Shown: piece after piece, positions 3,479 through 5,419 of the stretch
Numbering within the stretch: position 1 is the stretch's first letter
Layout of the letters: every line of letters starts with the position of its first letter
Virus genome (UHGV): UHGV-0213104
Reading direction: 5' to 3' (one strand)
DNA: 5,419 bases
Origin: a virus
Program-made: the position numbers and the translations under genes
The notes under the pieces: generated by a model
Seen by the model: the letters and a program-made list of their open reading frames with translations, nothing else
Told to the model about the DNA's origin: nothing
Databases searched by the model: none

Positions 3479-5410
3479 ATGGCAATTACAAAAGCAATCG
3501 GGAAAAATACGGTCGGTGATGGGAATAAAATGACCGTAAGGTTAAACAATTATTACAGAAGTACTCACGATTTGTCGTATGTATGGAAAAACACACAGGC
3601 AGCAGGTCCAATTGTACCATTCTTATGTGAATACGCACAGATTGACGATACACACGAAATCGACTTGTCTGCAATGGTAATTACACATCCAACGGTCGGA
3701 CCATTGTATGGTAGTTTTAAATTACAATTAGATGTATACGTAGCACCAATTAGACTATATCAAAAATTACTACACAACAATACAATGGGTATTGGGCTAG
3801 ACATGTCAAAGGTAAAACTACCATCGTTAAATATTAACTTAAAAAATAGTGACAATCCAACAAAAGATAATCAATTTTCACAAATAAATCCTAGCGCATT
3901 ATTAGCATATCTAGGGCTTAGAGGATGGGGGTTAAATGAAAATCCTAACGCAGAAGTATTCGCAAGAAAAAACGCTGTACCACTACTAGCGTATTGGGAT
4001 ATTTTTAAAAACTACTACGCCAATAAACAAGAAGAAATTGCGTATATGATTTCAACAAATGGGACATATCTCAATGGGTCAGTAGCTAGAAGCGATGAAG
4101 GTAGTACAACAATAAATGATTTTTCAAAATGGACAACCGCGCCAGCGGCTTTAAACATAACTTATGTAATAAATGTAAACAAAAAACCCGCAAACGGAAT
4201 AAATAAAGCATCACTAAATAATATTTTAATAGAAATAGGAGGAACAGGAAGTTTACCAGATAAAAAAGGAAGAATAGTAGAAATATTAGGAAATCCTACT
4301 CAAGACGATACAAAATGGACATGGACTATAGAGGACGTAAGTAAAATAAGAACCATATACAGAATAACATATCAAACTGAAACAATATTAAACCCGTTCC
4401 AATTGTCTATAATTGACGAAACAAGGGAAAATATATTAGCAGCGCCAAGTACAATGCCGTACGTTGTAAATTCAGGAATTCCATACCTATACGCACAAAG
4501 AGATAAACAAAATAAATTGCTAACAACACAACCCATGTACGGACTAGCCTTAAAAACATACCAAAGTGATATATTTAATAATTGGATTCAAACCGAATGG
4601 CTAGAAGGAGAAAACGGAATTAATGCAATTACAGCCATAGACACAAGCTCAGGTAGTTTTACAATGGATACTCTAAACCTAGCAAAAAAGGTTTACAATA
4701 TGCTAAATAGAATTGCAGTATCAGACGGAACTTACAAATCATGGATGGAGACAGTATTTTCGTCAAAATACGTAGAAAGAACCGAAACACCTGTATACTA
4801 TGGCGGAATGTCACAAGAAATCATTTTTGAAGAAGTTATAAGCACATCCGCTGCGGCTAGCGAACCATTAGGAACACTAGCCGGAAAAGGAAGGCTAGCA
4901 CCAAACAAAAAAGGAGGAAAAATAGTAATAAAAATCGACGAACCCTCATATATCATTGGAATATGCTCAATTACACCGAGATTAGATTACAGTCAGGGAA
5001 ACAATTTCACAATGAATTGGGAAACACTCAACGATGTACATAAACCAGCATTAGATATGATTGGTTACCAAGACTTAACAATGGAAAAAGCAGCCTGGTG
5101 GACCGAAACATGGAACGAGAAAGGAGGAAGAAGCGAAAAGAAAATAGGAAAAACCGTAGCATGGATTGACTACATGACAAATTATAACAAGAATTACGGA
5201 AACTTTGCAAGCGGAGAAAATGAAAACTTTATGGTTCTAGACAGAAACTACAACATAGAAACAAAAGATTTTACAACCTACATAGACCCTGCAAAGTATA
5301 ACGGAATCTTCGCAGACCAAAGTCGCTCAGCCATGAATTTCTGGATACAAATCGGTGTAGATTGGAAAGTAAGAAGAAAAATAAGCGCAAAATCAATTCC
5401 TAACTTATAA
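3479..5410 (+). CDS. Microviridae major capsid protein VP1 (F-like jelly-roll capsid)
   Basis: 643 aa. The N-terminal region RSTHDLSYVWKNTQAAGPIVPFLCEYAQIDDTHEIDLSAMVITHPTVGPLYGSFKLQLDVYVAPIRLYQKL aligns motif by motif with the gokushovirus VP1 N-terminus (RS.FD.S...KTT..AG.LVP....E.LPGDT...D.SA.VR...P...P...........FFVPNRLVW). It is the longest ORF, with uniform phage-like composition. Confidence 0.95.
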   Translation: MAITKAIGKNTVGDGNKMTVRLNNYYRSTHDLSYVWKNTQAAGPIVPFLCEYAQIDDTHEIDLSAMVITHPTVGPLYGSFKLQLDVYVAPIRLYQKLLHNNTMGIGLDMSKVKLPSLNINLKNSDNPTKDNQFSQINPSALLAYLGLRGWGLNENPNAEVFARKNAVPLLAYWDIFKNYYANKQEEIAYMISTNGTYLNGSVARSDEGSTTINDFSKWTTAPAALNITYVINVNKKPANGINKASLNNILIEIGGTGSLPDKKGRIVEILGNPTQDDTKWTWTIEDVSKIRTIYRITYQTETILNPFQLSIIDETRENILAAPSTMPYVVNSGIPYLYAQRDKQNKLLTTQPMYGLALKTYQSDIFNNWIQTEWLEGENGINAITAIDTSSGSFTMDTLNLAKKVYNMLNRIAVSDGTYKSWMETVFSSKYVERTETPVYYGGMSQEIIFEEVISTSAAASEPLGTLAGKGRLAPNKKGGKIVIKIDEPSYIIGICSITPRLDYSQGNNFTMNWETLNDVHKPALDMIGYQDLTMEKAAWWTETWNEKGGRSEKKIGKTVAWIDYMTNYNKNYGNFASGENENFMVLDRNYNIETKDFTTYIDPAKYNGIFADQSRSAMNFWIQIGVDWKVRRKISAKSIPNL

Positions 5411-5419
5411 AAAAAAACA

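Noticed and set aside
5411-5419. Terminal A9 tract as a poly-A tail or terminator
   Set aside because: It is a short homopolymer in the 12-nt gap between the VP1 stop and the ORF1 start. It is consistent with the A-rich start context, and no hairpin precedes it.

Overview
This window reads as a complete or near-complete ~5.4 kb genome of a Microviridae phage (gokushovirus- or alpavirus-like ssDNA phage). All convincing genes are on the + strand, and the sequence is strongly A/T-rich outside one island.

Recognisable genes:
- A jelly-roll major capsid protein VP1 (3479-5410).
- A Gly/Ala-rich DNA-pilot/minor-capsid protein VP2 (493-1206).
- A rolling-circle replication initiator VP4/Rep, carrying the HUH motif (HLHGIFF) and the YxxKY tyrosine motif, with a C-terminal domain typical of Microviridae Rep proteins (about 1121-1753).
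- A cluster of small ORFan genes (2367-3476), including a single-TM/lipoprotein-like peptide and a very acidic scaffold-like protein directly coupled to VP1.
- A small ORF at 4-339 of unknown function.

Host inference: six gene starts share a Shine-Dalgarno-less AAAATTATG context, and there is one good match to the Bacteroidetes -33 TTTG / -7 TAnnTTTG promoter (2250-2280). Together these point to a Bacteroidetes host.

The unexplained part is a ~360-bp GC-rich, hairpin-dense non-coding island (1744-2104). It sits in an otherwise ~1/3-GC genome and is bounded by perfect 36-bp direct repeats that contain nested 9-nt iterons and an internal hairpin.

Two further anomalies:
- The Rep frame has no ATG/GTG/TTG upstream of its HUH motif and lacks RCR motif I.
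- The exact phiX174 A-protein recognition decamer CAACTTGATA occurs once, just upstream of the Rep catalytic region.

All calls are from reading the sequence. No database search or folding program was run.
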